DNA of 64,000 bases, from positions 131,440,001 through 131,504,000 of the forward strand of contig OX597819.1 of the NCBI GenBank assembly GCA_951406725.2, given 5' to 3'. A program made the position numbers and the translations under genes. Positions 53,422 through 64,000 of the stretch are shown here, in pieces (position 1 is the stretch's first letter; each line of letters opens with the position of its first letter). The notes under the pieces were generated by a model. That model saw only the letters and a list, made by a program, of their open reading frames with translations. It did no database searches and was not told where the DNA came from. This DNA is from Octopus vulgaris. Lineage: Eukaryota.

Positions 53422-53758
53422 TATGGGTTTGGGGGAGAAACAAATACATTTATACACACGCACAAACGGAATGCCAACTTAAAACGAACTTCGTGCTCTA
53501 TCTGTCTGGCTTTTATGCCGACTTGAAAAGATACCCTTCCCTCTACCCCTGACCTTAACCCCACATATATAAAAAAAATTAAAATTTTACAGAAAGTGAC
53601 GATCTTCTTCAAATGTAAACAAATACACGTGACGTACATGGGACTCCTATTGGAAGAATGCCATCTAAAGTATTTTCATATCTATACATCTGCTGAACTG
53701 AATAAAATTTTGGGAATTAGGAGAACTTAACGAGACTTTGTTTTTTTAACTGAACTAG

Positions 53759-53875
53759 GATTGGATTCCTGCTACCGTTATGAAACAGGCGGCGTTTCAT
53801 GCATTGGCTGAATACCACCAGAGCATTGTGGCTCAGAAGAAGAAGAGCTATGGGGAAGAAATTGCCCGATTGCAA
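53759..53875 (+). CDS. PDCD6IP: ALIX exon 7
   Basis: DWIPATVMKQAAFHALAEYHQSIVAQKKKSYGEEIARLQ contains the Bro1 GEEIARL motif; ctag / gtaagt; 117 nt, phase 0-0. Confidence 0.95.
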
Positions 53876-53998
53876 GTAAGTAATTGACATTTAGGTCAAC
53901 AAGATTAAGGTTTTTTTTCTTCTTTTTTGCCAGACCAATTTTGTGGGTTTGCCTGGAGAAATCTGCAGGATTGCATTTCACTTTTGTTTGTTTATCTT

Positions 53999-54590
53999 CA
54001 TCATTTAACATAGGTTTTCCATGCTGGCATGGGTTGGATGGTTTCACTGAAAACTGGTAAGCTGCCCATAGTTCCAATCCAATTTGGTAAGATTTCTGTG
54101 GTTGGATGCCCTTCCTGATGCCAACCACTCCAATAGTGTAGTGGGTGCTTCTTACATCCCACCAACATAAGTGCCAGTTACGTGACATCAGCATCGGCCA
54201 TAACTATAACTGCCTCTGAGGCCCAACGTTTGAAGGATGGTTTTTACATGCTACTGGTATGGGTGCCAGTAAAGTGACACTGGCATTGGCCACGGCTAAA
54301 ATTTCATTTGGCTTCACGGGTCTTCTCAAGCACAACATATTGCCAAAGGTCTCCAGTTACCTGTCATCACCTCTGTGAGGCCCAATGTTTAAAGATCCTG
54401 CTTCACTACCTCGTCCCATGTCTTCCTGGGCCTACGTCTTCCACAAGTTCCCTCAACCATTAGAGATTGGCACTCCTTCATGCAGTTGTCCTTGTCCATA
54501 TGCATCATATGACCATACCAGCGTAGTCGTCTCTCTTGCACACTACATCTGATGCTTCTTATGCCCAGCTTTTCTCTCAGGGCACATTTT
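53999..54590 (-). mobile_element. RTE-clade LINE 3' fragment in ALIX intron 7
   Basis: LREKLGIRSIRCSVQERRLRWYGHMMHM...GRRRPRKTWDEVVKQDL; same 3' UTR as the 26425 copy. Confidence 0.85.
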
Positions 54591-55429
54591 TGTGTGTCCG
54601 TCCAACCCATGCCAGCATGGAAAGCAGAAGCTAAATGATGAGGAAGGTTGGCAACAGGAAAGGCATCCAGTGGTAGAAAATCTGCATCAGGGAATTCCAT
54701 TTTACCCGTGCAAGCATGAAAAGGTGGACATAAAAATGATGATCTTTTATCTTTTACTCTTTTCAGTCATTAGACAGTGGCCATGCTGGGGCAGCACCTT
54801 GAAGAATTTTAGTTGAGAAAATCGACCCCAAAACCTTATTTTTGGTTTTTAAAGCTTGGTACTTATTCTGTTGGTTTCTTTTGCTGAACCACTAAGTTAC
54901 AGGGATGTAAACACATCACCTGTTGTCGAGTAGTAGTGGAGCACAGTGACATACTGAGAGAGGCTTCTTTCAGTTTCTACCTACCGAATCTACTCACAAG
55001 GCTTTGGTCTGTCTGAAGCTATAGTTGAATACACTTTCCCAAGGTCACACGCAGTGAGGTTGAACCCAGAACCATGTGGTTGAGAAGCAAACTTCTTACC
55101 ACACAGCCACACCTGCACCTATCATGACAACATATTCTTCTACGATCCTTGTTCCTCCTGTCTCAGATGAGTTCTTGTCTTTCCTCTGGTTGCCAACAAT
55201 CAACAGATTTCCCAGAGCTCAACTCCATTCCTCTGTGCAGCATTCCTTGCATAGTTCTCCTCGGAACCAGTTCCCATGGCTTTTAACCCATCAGCATACA
55301 GATTTACTTTGTCAAAATGTTGTGCATATTTATTCACCTCCGTGTATTCAGATGGTTTGTCTTGCTTTGATCTCTGTGGAAGTGTGTGAAATATTGAACT
55401 GGTCCCACTTTTCTTTTCTTTTTTCCTAG

Positions 55430-55652
55430 CATGCTGATGAATTAATGAAAGCTTCCTCGACTCGAGGAAGCGGTACTTTCTGTTTCCGTACGGAACACAA
55501 TAAGGTTGTACGTGCTCTAGAATTGGCTGTAAAAGACAATGATTTTATTTATCACGAGAAGATCCCTGATTCGAAATCTTTACCTCCCATTGGAAAAGCT
55601 CCGGTTGCAAAACCGACTCCGTTACCTGCAACAATGAGTTCAAAATTTGTTG
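55430..55652 (+). CDS. PDCD6IP: ALIX exon 8 (KDNDFIYH patch)
   Basis: HADELMKASS...AVKDNDFIYHEKIPD...MSSKFV; cctag / gtaagt; 223 nt. Confidence 0.96.
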
Positions 55653-56597
55653 GTAAGTCAACAGTTTAGACTGACTCATAATGTGTGTGTGTGTGTGTGT
55701 GTTTCTATGGACTCTGCCTTTTCCTTCTTTTCTTCCTGTTTCTGATGAAGAAAGAGCCATGCTTGAAATGTTATTTCTGCTCCTATTTTTCCATCTAAAA
55801 CTTCCACTGAGCATCAATTTAATATATTCACTGTGTTTGTTTAATTGACTTGTGTTGTTTTTCCTGTTTTTTTTTTTTATTTACCCTGTGTGTGTGTGTG
55901 TGTGTGTGTGCTCTACATAAGACTTCATGGATGCATAAGACACACCTGTCTCATCAGAGGTTTGTAGATAGAGTGGAGAGTTTGAAAGAAATTCCAGACT
56001 TCTTAGTGTTTAGTCAGCTCAGGTCACCTGGTGTTAATGCTGTGAAAGTGACGCTGGCTATTTTCTTTACTTTGGGGTCCACGTGTTTGGACAGGATGTT
56101 GGTTGGATGCTGTCTCCAACACTTTTAGATGGTGAACTGTAGTATAGTATATTGGTAGCCCACATTGGTGAGGTGGGATGTTGGCGCCAGTCAGTCGTTC
56201 AGTCATCGTTTGTTGGAGTTCGCAGCAGCAGCATTCCTTACATGGAAGTAACCATTTTGATGGTGTTGGGATACAACTGAGGTTGCCTGATAGATAGGGT
56301 GGTTTGCAGTCTATACAGGTAACAGGGGTTAGATACCCACCTCTTAGGTGTGTGGCAGGGAGGGGATAAGCTAGGCCTAAGGTGCCATATCCGAGTTGTC
56401 AACTGCCAGGGGCTTGAAGATCATTAATAGACTGTCCCTCACGTGACAACAACAAGATCCTTTTTCCCATTTTGATCAATACTCATGTATTGAACTCTCT
56501 TATTACATGGCAGTATTGATTGCTGATAACTCAATAATTATTTGTGAGTGAATTTGGTTTTCAAAAAGTAATCTCTTCTATTCTTTTTCCATTTTAG

Positions 56598-56721
56598 ATC
56601 TGTTTCAAAAACTGTTTCCCCTTCCTGTTCACGATGGAATTGTTGCATTTGATAATCGCAAAAATCAAATTATTAATCAAGAAACTGGCCGTTTGAAGGA
56701 AGCTACTCTGTTACTGAATAG
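56598..56721 (+). CDS. PDCD6IP: ALIX exon 9 (Bro1/V-domain junction)
   Basis: (D)LFQKLFPLPVHDGIVAFDNRKNQIINQETGRLKEATLLLN(S); tttag / gtgagt; 124 nt. Confidence 0.94.
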
Positions 56722-58699
56722 GTGAGTATAGAGACACTTCTTTTTCCATCATCATCACCTTCATCATCATCATCATCATCATCAAACGGCCATTTTCTAT
56801 ACTACGTGGACTGGATGGTTTGACAGAACCTGATGAGCCAGAGAGCTGCATTAGGTTCCAGTGTCTGTTTTGGCAAGGTTCTTAGAGCTAGAAACTACTC
56901 CTAATACCTGTTTCTTTACTACCCACAAGGGACTAAACACAGAGGGAACAAACAAGGACAGACAAACGGATTAAGTCGATTATATCGACCTCAGTACATA
57001 ACTGGTTCTTATTTAATCGACCCCGAAAGGATGAAAGGCAAAGTTGACCTTGGTGGAATTTGAACGTAGCGGCAGACGAAATACCGCAAAGCATTTCTCC
57101 CAGTGTGCTAACATTTCTGCCAGCTTGCCGCCTTTTACCAACCACTTTACAGAGTGGACTGGGTGGGGTGTTTTATGTGGCAGCAGCATCAGTGGTTCTT
57201 ACATGGCACCAACAGGAGTGGAATTGCCGAGTAACTCAAGAGAGATGAAGACCTCTGGAGTAGGGGTGGGGGCTGAAGGAGGTGGTTTTGTGCCAGTTGA
57301 TAGATTAATAAACAGAGGGATAGAGATAGGGGTCTTACTATGGAGGAGATACTCGGGGTACCCCAGCAGGAATAGAAAGGTGGACAGAGAGAAAGATGAG
57401 ACTGAGAGACAGAGAAATGGATGGTGGGAGAGTGGGAGGAGGAATATGTGATGTAGAGAGGGGGCCAAGGGGACGTTCCATAAGAGTGTGAAGGGAGATG
57501 GGAAAGGGGTGACTAGCAAGTGGTGGTGGTGGGGGAAACTGGAGTGGTTGGGAGGGGTTTATGGTAGATAAGTGAGGGATAATGGAGGGGCCTGCAGTGA
57601 GTGGTGGGATGCAGGTGGTGCTGAAGATGGGTTGTGGGGGTGGGTTTTGACAAAACATTTCCAGGTAAAAGCTGAAAAGTAAATTCAGCCGAACAAAGAA
57701 TTTAGTAGGTTTTTAGTAATTACATACCACTTTGATTTACATAATAATGAACACTAGTGACAAGAAACCTGTTTTAATTATGCTGGTTTTTATCTTAATG
57801 AATTGATCTGATAATGAGTGCTGGGAAAACTAGTCATCCACTTCAGTTAATTCTGGAGTTTTAATATGTATAAAATGTATATAAGAAACTAACGGTGGTC
57901 AGGTGCACTACAACCCCTCAGAAAAAGTAGCCAAAGATGCATAAAATAGTGCACAAGGAGTGAACAGTGAATGAGTTGTTAAAGAAGAAAGGAGGGGGGG
58001 GGGGGCTCACCAGGTGTATGTATGTTACGGGGGGGGGGGGCTCACCAGGTGTATGTACGGTTGGTGGATTTCAGAAATCAATGAAGACTGCATTGTCCTG
58101 ACAGCCAGCAACTTGAGTGGATAGTTTCATGCTTTCTGAGCGTGAAAAAATGCTCCTGGAAGTCATGGGTGCTATGTTGTTGTTTTTTTATTTATTTATT
58201 TATTTTGTAAGCGTATCCACAAGTGTTAGACATGGAATTCCGAAAGCTACCCAGGGTTGTTGTTGGAAAGATGGTGGGTAATGTTGTGGAGGTATGCAAA
58301 GTCAGTCGGGGCTTTGTGTCCATGGCTAAGGAAGTGAGTCCTTCAGAGTATGGTAGATCCCTGACACAGGCATTTGTCTAGTTGCACGTTTCTGAACAGT
58401 TACCAGGAGATTGAAGATAGGGGTCCCAGACTTGGGATGTTTAGAGGCTGGTTTGACAGCATCCTGTCAGCTATATGGCCACATCAGGCTCCAATGTTGG
58501 CTCAGGATATCTAGCCATGAAAACCATGCCATTCATGGTGCCAATTATAAGGATAACAACATATTTGTCTCTTTACTTATCGTTTATATTCATGGAGAAA
58601 TATTAAGTTTATCTCAACTGTGTTTATCAGCTTCTTACACTAATATCATCACACATTTACTCGGATAATTGAGAGAAGTTGCCATTTTATGTTTTTGCC

Positions 58700-59020
58700 A
58701 GCCTCGCCTGGCCCCTGTGCCGGTGGCACGTAAAAAGCACCATCTGTTCGTGGCTGTTGCCAGCCTCGCCTGGCCCCCGTGCCGGTGGCACATAAAAAGC
58801 ACCATCCGATCGTGGCTGTTTGCCAGACTCGCCTGGCACCTGTGCCAGTAGCACGTAAAAAGCACCCACTACACTCATGGAGTGGTTGGCGTTAGGAAGG
58901 GCATCCAGCCGTAGAAACATTGCCAGATCAGACTGGGCTTGATGTAGCCTTCTGTCTTCCCAGACCCCAGTTGAACCGTCCAACCCATGCTGGCATGGAA
59001 AGCGGACGTTAAATGATGAT
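58700..59020 (+). mobile_element. RTE-tail short retroposon (family B)
   Basis: ...ggcatccagccgtagaaac...ccaacccatgctggcatggaaagcggacgttaaatgatgatg; other copies at about 17757, 19850, 21200, 25072, 27315, 27670, 34870, 43345 and 59750. Confidence 0.85.
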
Positions 59021-59133
59021 GTATTCACTCTTATTCCTAAAGTAACCTGGTATCTCTCTCTCTCTCTCTCTCTCTTTCTCCGTACGATTTGATTCGGTTC
59101 GATTTCAACAACCTTTCCGTTTGTTTGTTTCAG

Positions 59134-59311
59134 TGTGCTTGCTTCTCTGAATCTTCCTGCTGCCATTGAAGATCTCTCTGGTGACAGTATCCCGACTTCT
59201 TTACTGGAAAAGGCTCAGCAATTGAAAAGGGATGGTGGAGTAGAAAGCCTCAATAAAATGATGCAAGACTTGCCAGAGTTATTGGGACGGAACCGAGAAA
59301 TTCTAAATGAG
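59134..59311 (+). CDS. PDCD6IP: ALIX exon 10 (V domain)
   Basis: VLASLNLPAAIEDLSGDSIPTSLLEKA...RNREILNE; ttcag / gtgagt; 178 nt. Confidence 0.96.
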
Positions 59312-59458
59312 GTGAGTTTAACGAGTTACCTGAAATTGCCACTGTGCCAAAAGCATTATACTGTGTATCAGTTGAATTTGTGTTTATAATGAAATTGTAC
59401 CATAGCAATAGTTTTTTTTTTTCTTCTGTTTCTATTCTTATTTTCAATTTGTTTTTAG

Positions 59459-59680
59459 TCGACCAGAATGCTTGAGGAAGAAGCGAAATCCGACTCTCAA
59501 CTTCGGGAACAGTTCAAAGGGAAGTGGACCCGTACTGCTTCGGGTCAGCTGACGGAAACAATGAAAATCGAAGCCTCAAAATACGAACAGATTCTGAACA
59601 CTGCTATCCAAGCTGATAAGATTGTACAGGAAAAATACAACAAACACAAAGAAGCTATATTGTTACTTTCCAAACAAGAA
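59459..59680 (+). CDS. PDCD6IP: ALIX exon 11
   Basis: STRMLEEEAKSDSQLREQFKGKWTRTASGQL...LLSKQE; tttag / gtaagt; 222 nt. Confidence 0.95.
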
Positions 59681-60785
59681 GTAAGTTTTTGCTGAATTCT
59701 TCAAATCTTGTTAGCTTTCTCTCTCTTAGGATTCAAAGTGGAATTTTCAGATCATCATCGTTTAATGTCCACCTTCCATGCTGGCATGGATGGGACGGTT
59801 TGACAGGAGCCAGCCAGGCAGAAACCTGCACAAGACTTCTGTAACTGTTTTGTCAGGACTTTTACAGCTGGATGCCCTTCCTAACACCAACCACTCAGCA
59901 GAGTGGACTTAGTGCTTATGTAGCACAAGCACAGGCGAGGTCAGTCTTGGCAAGGTTTTTACAGCTGGATTCCTTTCCGATCACCAACCACCTTATAGTG
60001 TGGATTGGGTGCTTTTTAAGTGGCACCTGCACTGACAGGGTCACTGAGTAAATTACAAGACAAAAAAAAATTCTTTTGAGAGAGGAGAGGGCTTTGGAGG
60101 AGGTGGTCTTCTGTCATGTGATGAAAGGTTAGAGTGTGACAGAGACACAGAAACATCATTTAATGTCTGTTGTTTTGCTGGCAATGGGTTAGATAGTTTG
60201 ACAGGAGCTGTAGCAGGTTTCATTGTTGGTTTTGGCATGGTTTCTACAGCGGGATACCCTTCCTAATGCCAGCCCCTTTGTGGAGTGTACAAGGTGCTTT
60301 TTACATGGCACCATAAACAACAGTTCATCAAGACAAAAGGCAAACCCACCCCGCTCAACTTGGAGTTTGGGAATAATATTGAGGTTGTTGGTTTTGTTCC
60401 AGTTGAGAGATTAAAGATAAAAGATGAATAGATGATGAATACTGTAAAAACACCAGTTCTTCAATTTTATCAGTTCTTGTATAATTTTTAGCACTAAATT
60501 TGGAATAAATTCTATTTAAAATACTGTAGAAATAATTCTGACTTCATTCTGATCCCTGTATGATTTTCTATCAATATCTTTTACTAAAAACCAATATAGC
60601 GTAACTTCATTAGTGAAATGAGCAATATAAAATATTCCTGTTAACACGAAGGAACAATAAAAGTGAAAAATTCTGCTGAACATTTATCATATAAATCTGG
60701 GAAATTATTCTAATCTGTCCAGGAGATAATATTTTTTTATTTAAAATTTTTTTTAGTTATTTATTTGTCTGGTTTACTTTTTCAG

Positions 60786-60945
60786 AAAGAAATCAAATCT
60801 TCATTGCCTTCTGCTAATCCCACGGCTGCCTTACAAGACAGCAATGTTGTGCAGGAATTACGCAAACTTATGGAGCAAGTTGAAACCATAAAAGCTGAAC
60901 GGGAAGTAATTGAGAGAGAAATTAAAGATGCTACGTTTGATATTA
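60786..60945 (+). CDS. PDCD6IP: ALIX exon 12
   Basis: KEIKSSLPSANP...IKAEREVIEREIKDATFDI; ttcag / gtaagt; 160 nt. Confidence 0.94.
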
Positions 60946-61106
60946 GTAAGTGGTGCAATTAGTTCAACTATTTTCCTTTTCTTATCCCCCTCCTCCCCAA
61001 TCTCTTTAAAATTCCCAAAACTGGGCTATTGACTTCAATCACTTTTAATGAATTTCTAAATCTGTTTTTGATTTCATTTTTGCATTTTTTTTGTTTTTTT
61101 GTTTAG

Positions 61107-61255
61107 GTAGTAAATTTTTGAATGCAATGGCTCAGGATGGTTTAATTAATGAAGAGGCCATCTCCATGCCAGAGCTGAACAGGATTTTTGGTCCTCTTAG
61201 AGAACAAGTTTCTGACAGCATCAACCGACAAAAGGCTCTTTTGAATAAGATTCAG
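61107..61255 (+). CDS. PDCD6IP: ALIX exon 13
   Basis: (S)SKFLNAMAQDGLINEEAIS...QKALLNKIQ; tttag / gttatt; 149 nt. Confidence 0.93.
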
Positions 61256-61337
61256 GTTATTATATTTTCCTTTACATTATTTTGACACCCTTTGACCTTT
61301 GCTCTTGTATATATTTTCATGTTAAATTACCTTTTAA

Positions 61338-61554
61338 CCCTTTCGATACCAACCCGGCTGAAACCACCTCTGGCTCTGTAGTACAAATGTCTTGTTTTCA
61401 TAAGTTCTGAATTAAAATGTTCCACCAAACCTTAGTCACAATTTATGTTCCTAACACTAGCTTCATGATGACTATTTTACTAAATTCTTTGTTATATTTA
61501 AAATTAATTGAAAGAAACTTGGAGCATCTCAACAGAAATATGGTAATGAAAGGG
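61338..61554. mobile_element. piggyBac-like MITE in ALIX intron 13
   Basis: ttaa|CCCTTTCGATACCA ... TGGTAATGAAAGGG|ttga (12/14 TIR match); a related end occurs at about 45180-45205. Confidence 0.7.
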
Positions 61555-61611
61555 TTGAACCTTCTTGAATTTTTTTTGCATGTTTTAAAATAATTTTCTT
61601 CTTCTTTTTAG

Positions 61612-61746
61612 ACTTCAAACACTGAATTCTCTAATGCTAAAGCTTCAAACCAATCTGGTGCCCAAAGAGAAGCCATGCTCAAAGACTTGGCAGCTGGTTT
61701 CGATATGTACATTGAATTGATGGATAACCTTCAAGAAGGCACTACG
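61612..61746 (+). CDS. PDCD6IP: ALIX exon 14
   Basis: TSNTEFSNAKASNQSGAQREAMLKDLAAGFDMYIELMDNLQEGTT; tttag / gtacgt; 135 nt. Confidence 0.94.
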
Positions 61747-61859
61747 GTACGTTGCAAATAGAAACGGTAGCCTCTGAATTTAGAATTAAATATTTAGTCA
61801 TTTATAAAAGAATCAATCGTTTTCTTTTTCACTGACTCCAATGTTTTTGTTAATTTCAG

Positions 61860-62022
61860 TTTTATAACGATCTTACACGTTTATTATTAAAACTTCAAAA
61901 CAAAATCTCTGATTTCTGTTTTGCTCGTAAAACTGAGAAGGAAGAGTTATTAGGGGATCTTTCTAAAGAAATTGTAAACCAACCTTCACAGCAACCGCCT
62001 CAAACTCCAAAATACCAACAAA
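61860..62022 (+). CDS. PDCD6IP: ALIX exon 15 (FYNDL motif of the YPXnL-binding site; start of the Pro-rich region). The gene continues beyond the window
   Basis: [54 protein letters not shown]; ttcag / gtaagt; 163 nt, ends phase 1; no stop codon reached. Confidence 0.95.
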
Positions 62023-63873
62023 GTAAGTAGTGATGGACCATTTTTGCTTGGTTAAGTTTCTTAACTCTTTTTTGTTCCTTTATTTCTAACCAAAATACAC
62101 CGTTTATGTGTTGCAATTAAATTCTAAAATAATTATGAATTTAGACGGGTTTCTTAAAACAACTCCTAATTTATTTTATTTAACATGTTGATATTTTGGA
62201 ATACAATTTAACAAAGGGTTCTTAACCTCTATTGCATAATTTTATCTCAGAGTAAATCTAATTACAGGTAAATTCAACAAAATATAAAAATTATTAAAAT
62301 TTTGTTTAAACATCAGCATAGAAAATGAGTTCTCCTTTTTTTTTCTCTTTGTGTTTCACATAATGATTTCTTCCCACGGTAATTGCTCAAAATGGGGGAG
62401 AAAAAAAAAATCTAATGGTTTCCTTGGAAAGACTGGCCAAACTTTTCTGCCTGACAAAATGAAACTGATGTTTTTTTCTCCATAGTAAAACATTTCAGAA
62501 AATTGAAGTGGGGTAAAAAAAAAAAATGTTCTTAAATATTTGCATCTCTCAAGATGTCTCGTAAACTCCATTGTTTACTTAGTGAAATCCTGTGTTTTCA
62601 CAGACTCAATGTTCCAATGAGATCTCTGCTGAAATTCTCATGATACAACAACTATTCTGTTTTAGTTTGGTTATTGACATTTGCCAATTAAATTCTTGGC
62701 TGGGTAAAGCTGTCTTAGTGTCAAAATGATTAATCTGTTCTATATGATGAAGATAAATCTTACAGTATATTTTCCAATCATTTTGATCTTTAATCGTCTA
62801 TTGGGCACGAGGTTTCCAGGATCTAATCTAATCTGCTTACTCCAAAGTGCCTAAAGTTTAAAATAGAAAAAAAATCCATAAATTTAGATGTTCAAATGAT
62901 TTTGTACAATAAAAATATTTCCTATCAGGGAGTCATTGGGTTGTCTCCCATCGTTCTATTTTCGCCTCTCCACTGCCAATCTTTTTGTCGACCAAATCTG
63001 ATTTATTCAGTGGTAAGTTTACGGAATCCCCAAAATATAAGGCAACTTCAGGTGTCTCTTGTTATTTTCATTCTCTTTCTCTCATGTTTAATACACTTCT
63101 TGTATTGTTCTTTGTGCTGCAAGGAAAACCACGTTCTGGTAATTGTATCTGTACAGTCTCCCCCCTTGAATGTCTGCCCCCCTCTCTTTATTAGGAATGA
63201 AACTTTTGTAGAATATAGTAATTATAGTATTTGATTTAGAATAAAAAACTCAAAGTCCAAAAATAAAATTAAATCAAAAAAAATATTCCAGCTCTGAAAA
63301 ATGGGTTGAGTCCCCCCTCCCCCAAGGATCACAGACTTCAAAGTCTTGTACTTAATTTTTGGACATTGTTTTCTATTCTCTGCATGTAAGTAAATGTTGT
63401 CTATGTCACTGCTTTTTGATGATGGAATTAACAGGAGAAGAAACAATGGTAAATTCTTGAAGCCATTCAACTTCTTACATGGAACACATTAACAAATTCG
63501 AATTTGTCTTTTCATTGCAAAATAAAACTTAAAAACTGAAAGTGTGAGGCCCAGTGGTTAGGGTGTTGCCACTCATGATTGCCAGATCCTTGTGGGTTCA
63601 ATTCCTGGCCTGAGCAGCATGGGGTCTTGAGTCGAACGCTTCATTTCACATTGTTCCAGTCCCCCCCCTTTGATCAGGGGAAGGGGGAATGTCATTCGAA
63701 GACTAAAACGATGCAAAGTGCATTGTGACCAGTGATGTGTACCCTCATCTAATTTGCTCGGTCGTGTGTTCACCTGAATAAAACTTAACTAGAATTCTTA
63801 TAACAATTCAATTTAAATTTATTTTGGAATATTTACATTTGATGGATATTTGTCCTCATCTTGTTTATTATTA

Positions 63874-63917
63874 ACACAACGTTTCGGCTGATATACCTTT
63901 CAGCTTTCATCAGGTGT
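63874..63917 (-). ncRNA. Minimal type I hammerhead ribozyme motif
   Basis: Minus strand: acac CTGATGA a agctga-aaggtata-tcagcc GAAAC GT T gtgt; stem I acac/gtgt; palindromic stem III; mismatch at the base of stem II. Confidence 0.7.
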
Positions 63918-64000
63918 ATTGGGGAAATTTCGAACCTGGGTTCTCATTCCTAAGGTATTTTTCAATGTTGTTGTTATTCAGGTCACTGCCTGGAATCAAA

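Noticed and set aside
56830-56850. CTGATGA motif as a hammerhead or C/D-box snoRNA (also 14788, 62744)
   Set aside because: No downstream stem II-GAAA and no suitably placed D box or terminal stem.
57993-58058. Direct duplication of poly-G + ctcaccaggtgtatgta
   Set aside because: Short local slippage within a LINE remnant, or an assembly artefact at a homopolymer.
62604-62620. Possible acceptor ttttcacag followed by an in-frame stop (alternative terminal exon of ALIX)
   Set aside because: Only five codons, with no independent support; such AG sites are common in AT-rich introns.

Overview
Eukaryotic, AT-rich, microsatellite- and SINE-dense genomic DNA. The repeat families suggest a coleoid cephalopod (Octopus-like); this is an inference, not a database result. 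The right half carries a + strand gene for ALIX/PDCD6IP (Bro1 + V domain ESCRT adaptor). I traced 15 coding exons by hand from the ATG at 31208 to 62022 (2191 nt, 730 codons, all GT-AG, phases consistent); the proline-rich C-terminus lies beyond the window. The left 30 kb has no confidently identifiable gene and consists of tRNA-derived SINEs, RTE/CR1/R4-type LINE fragments, a mariner relic, MITEs and long (TA)n arrays. Most notable observations: (1) a SINE copy with about 27 strand-specific A-to-G changes that spare 5'-GA contexts, a likely genomic fossil of an ADAR-hyper-edited RNA; (2) many minimal type I hammerhead-ribozyme motifs, including a tRNA-headed hammerhead element, linked to Penelope-like relics and fold-back palindromes; (3) a Mutator-like element with a 9-10 bp TSD ending about 70 bp upstream of the ALIX start codon.
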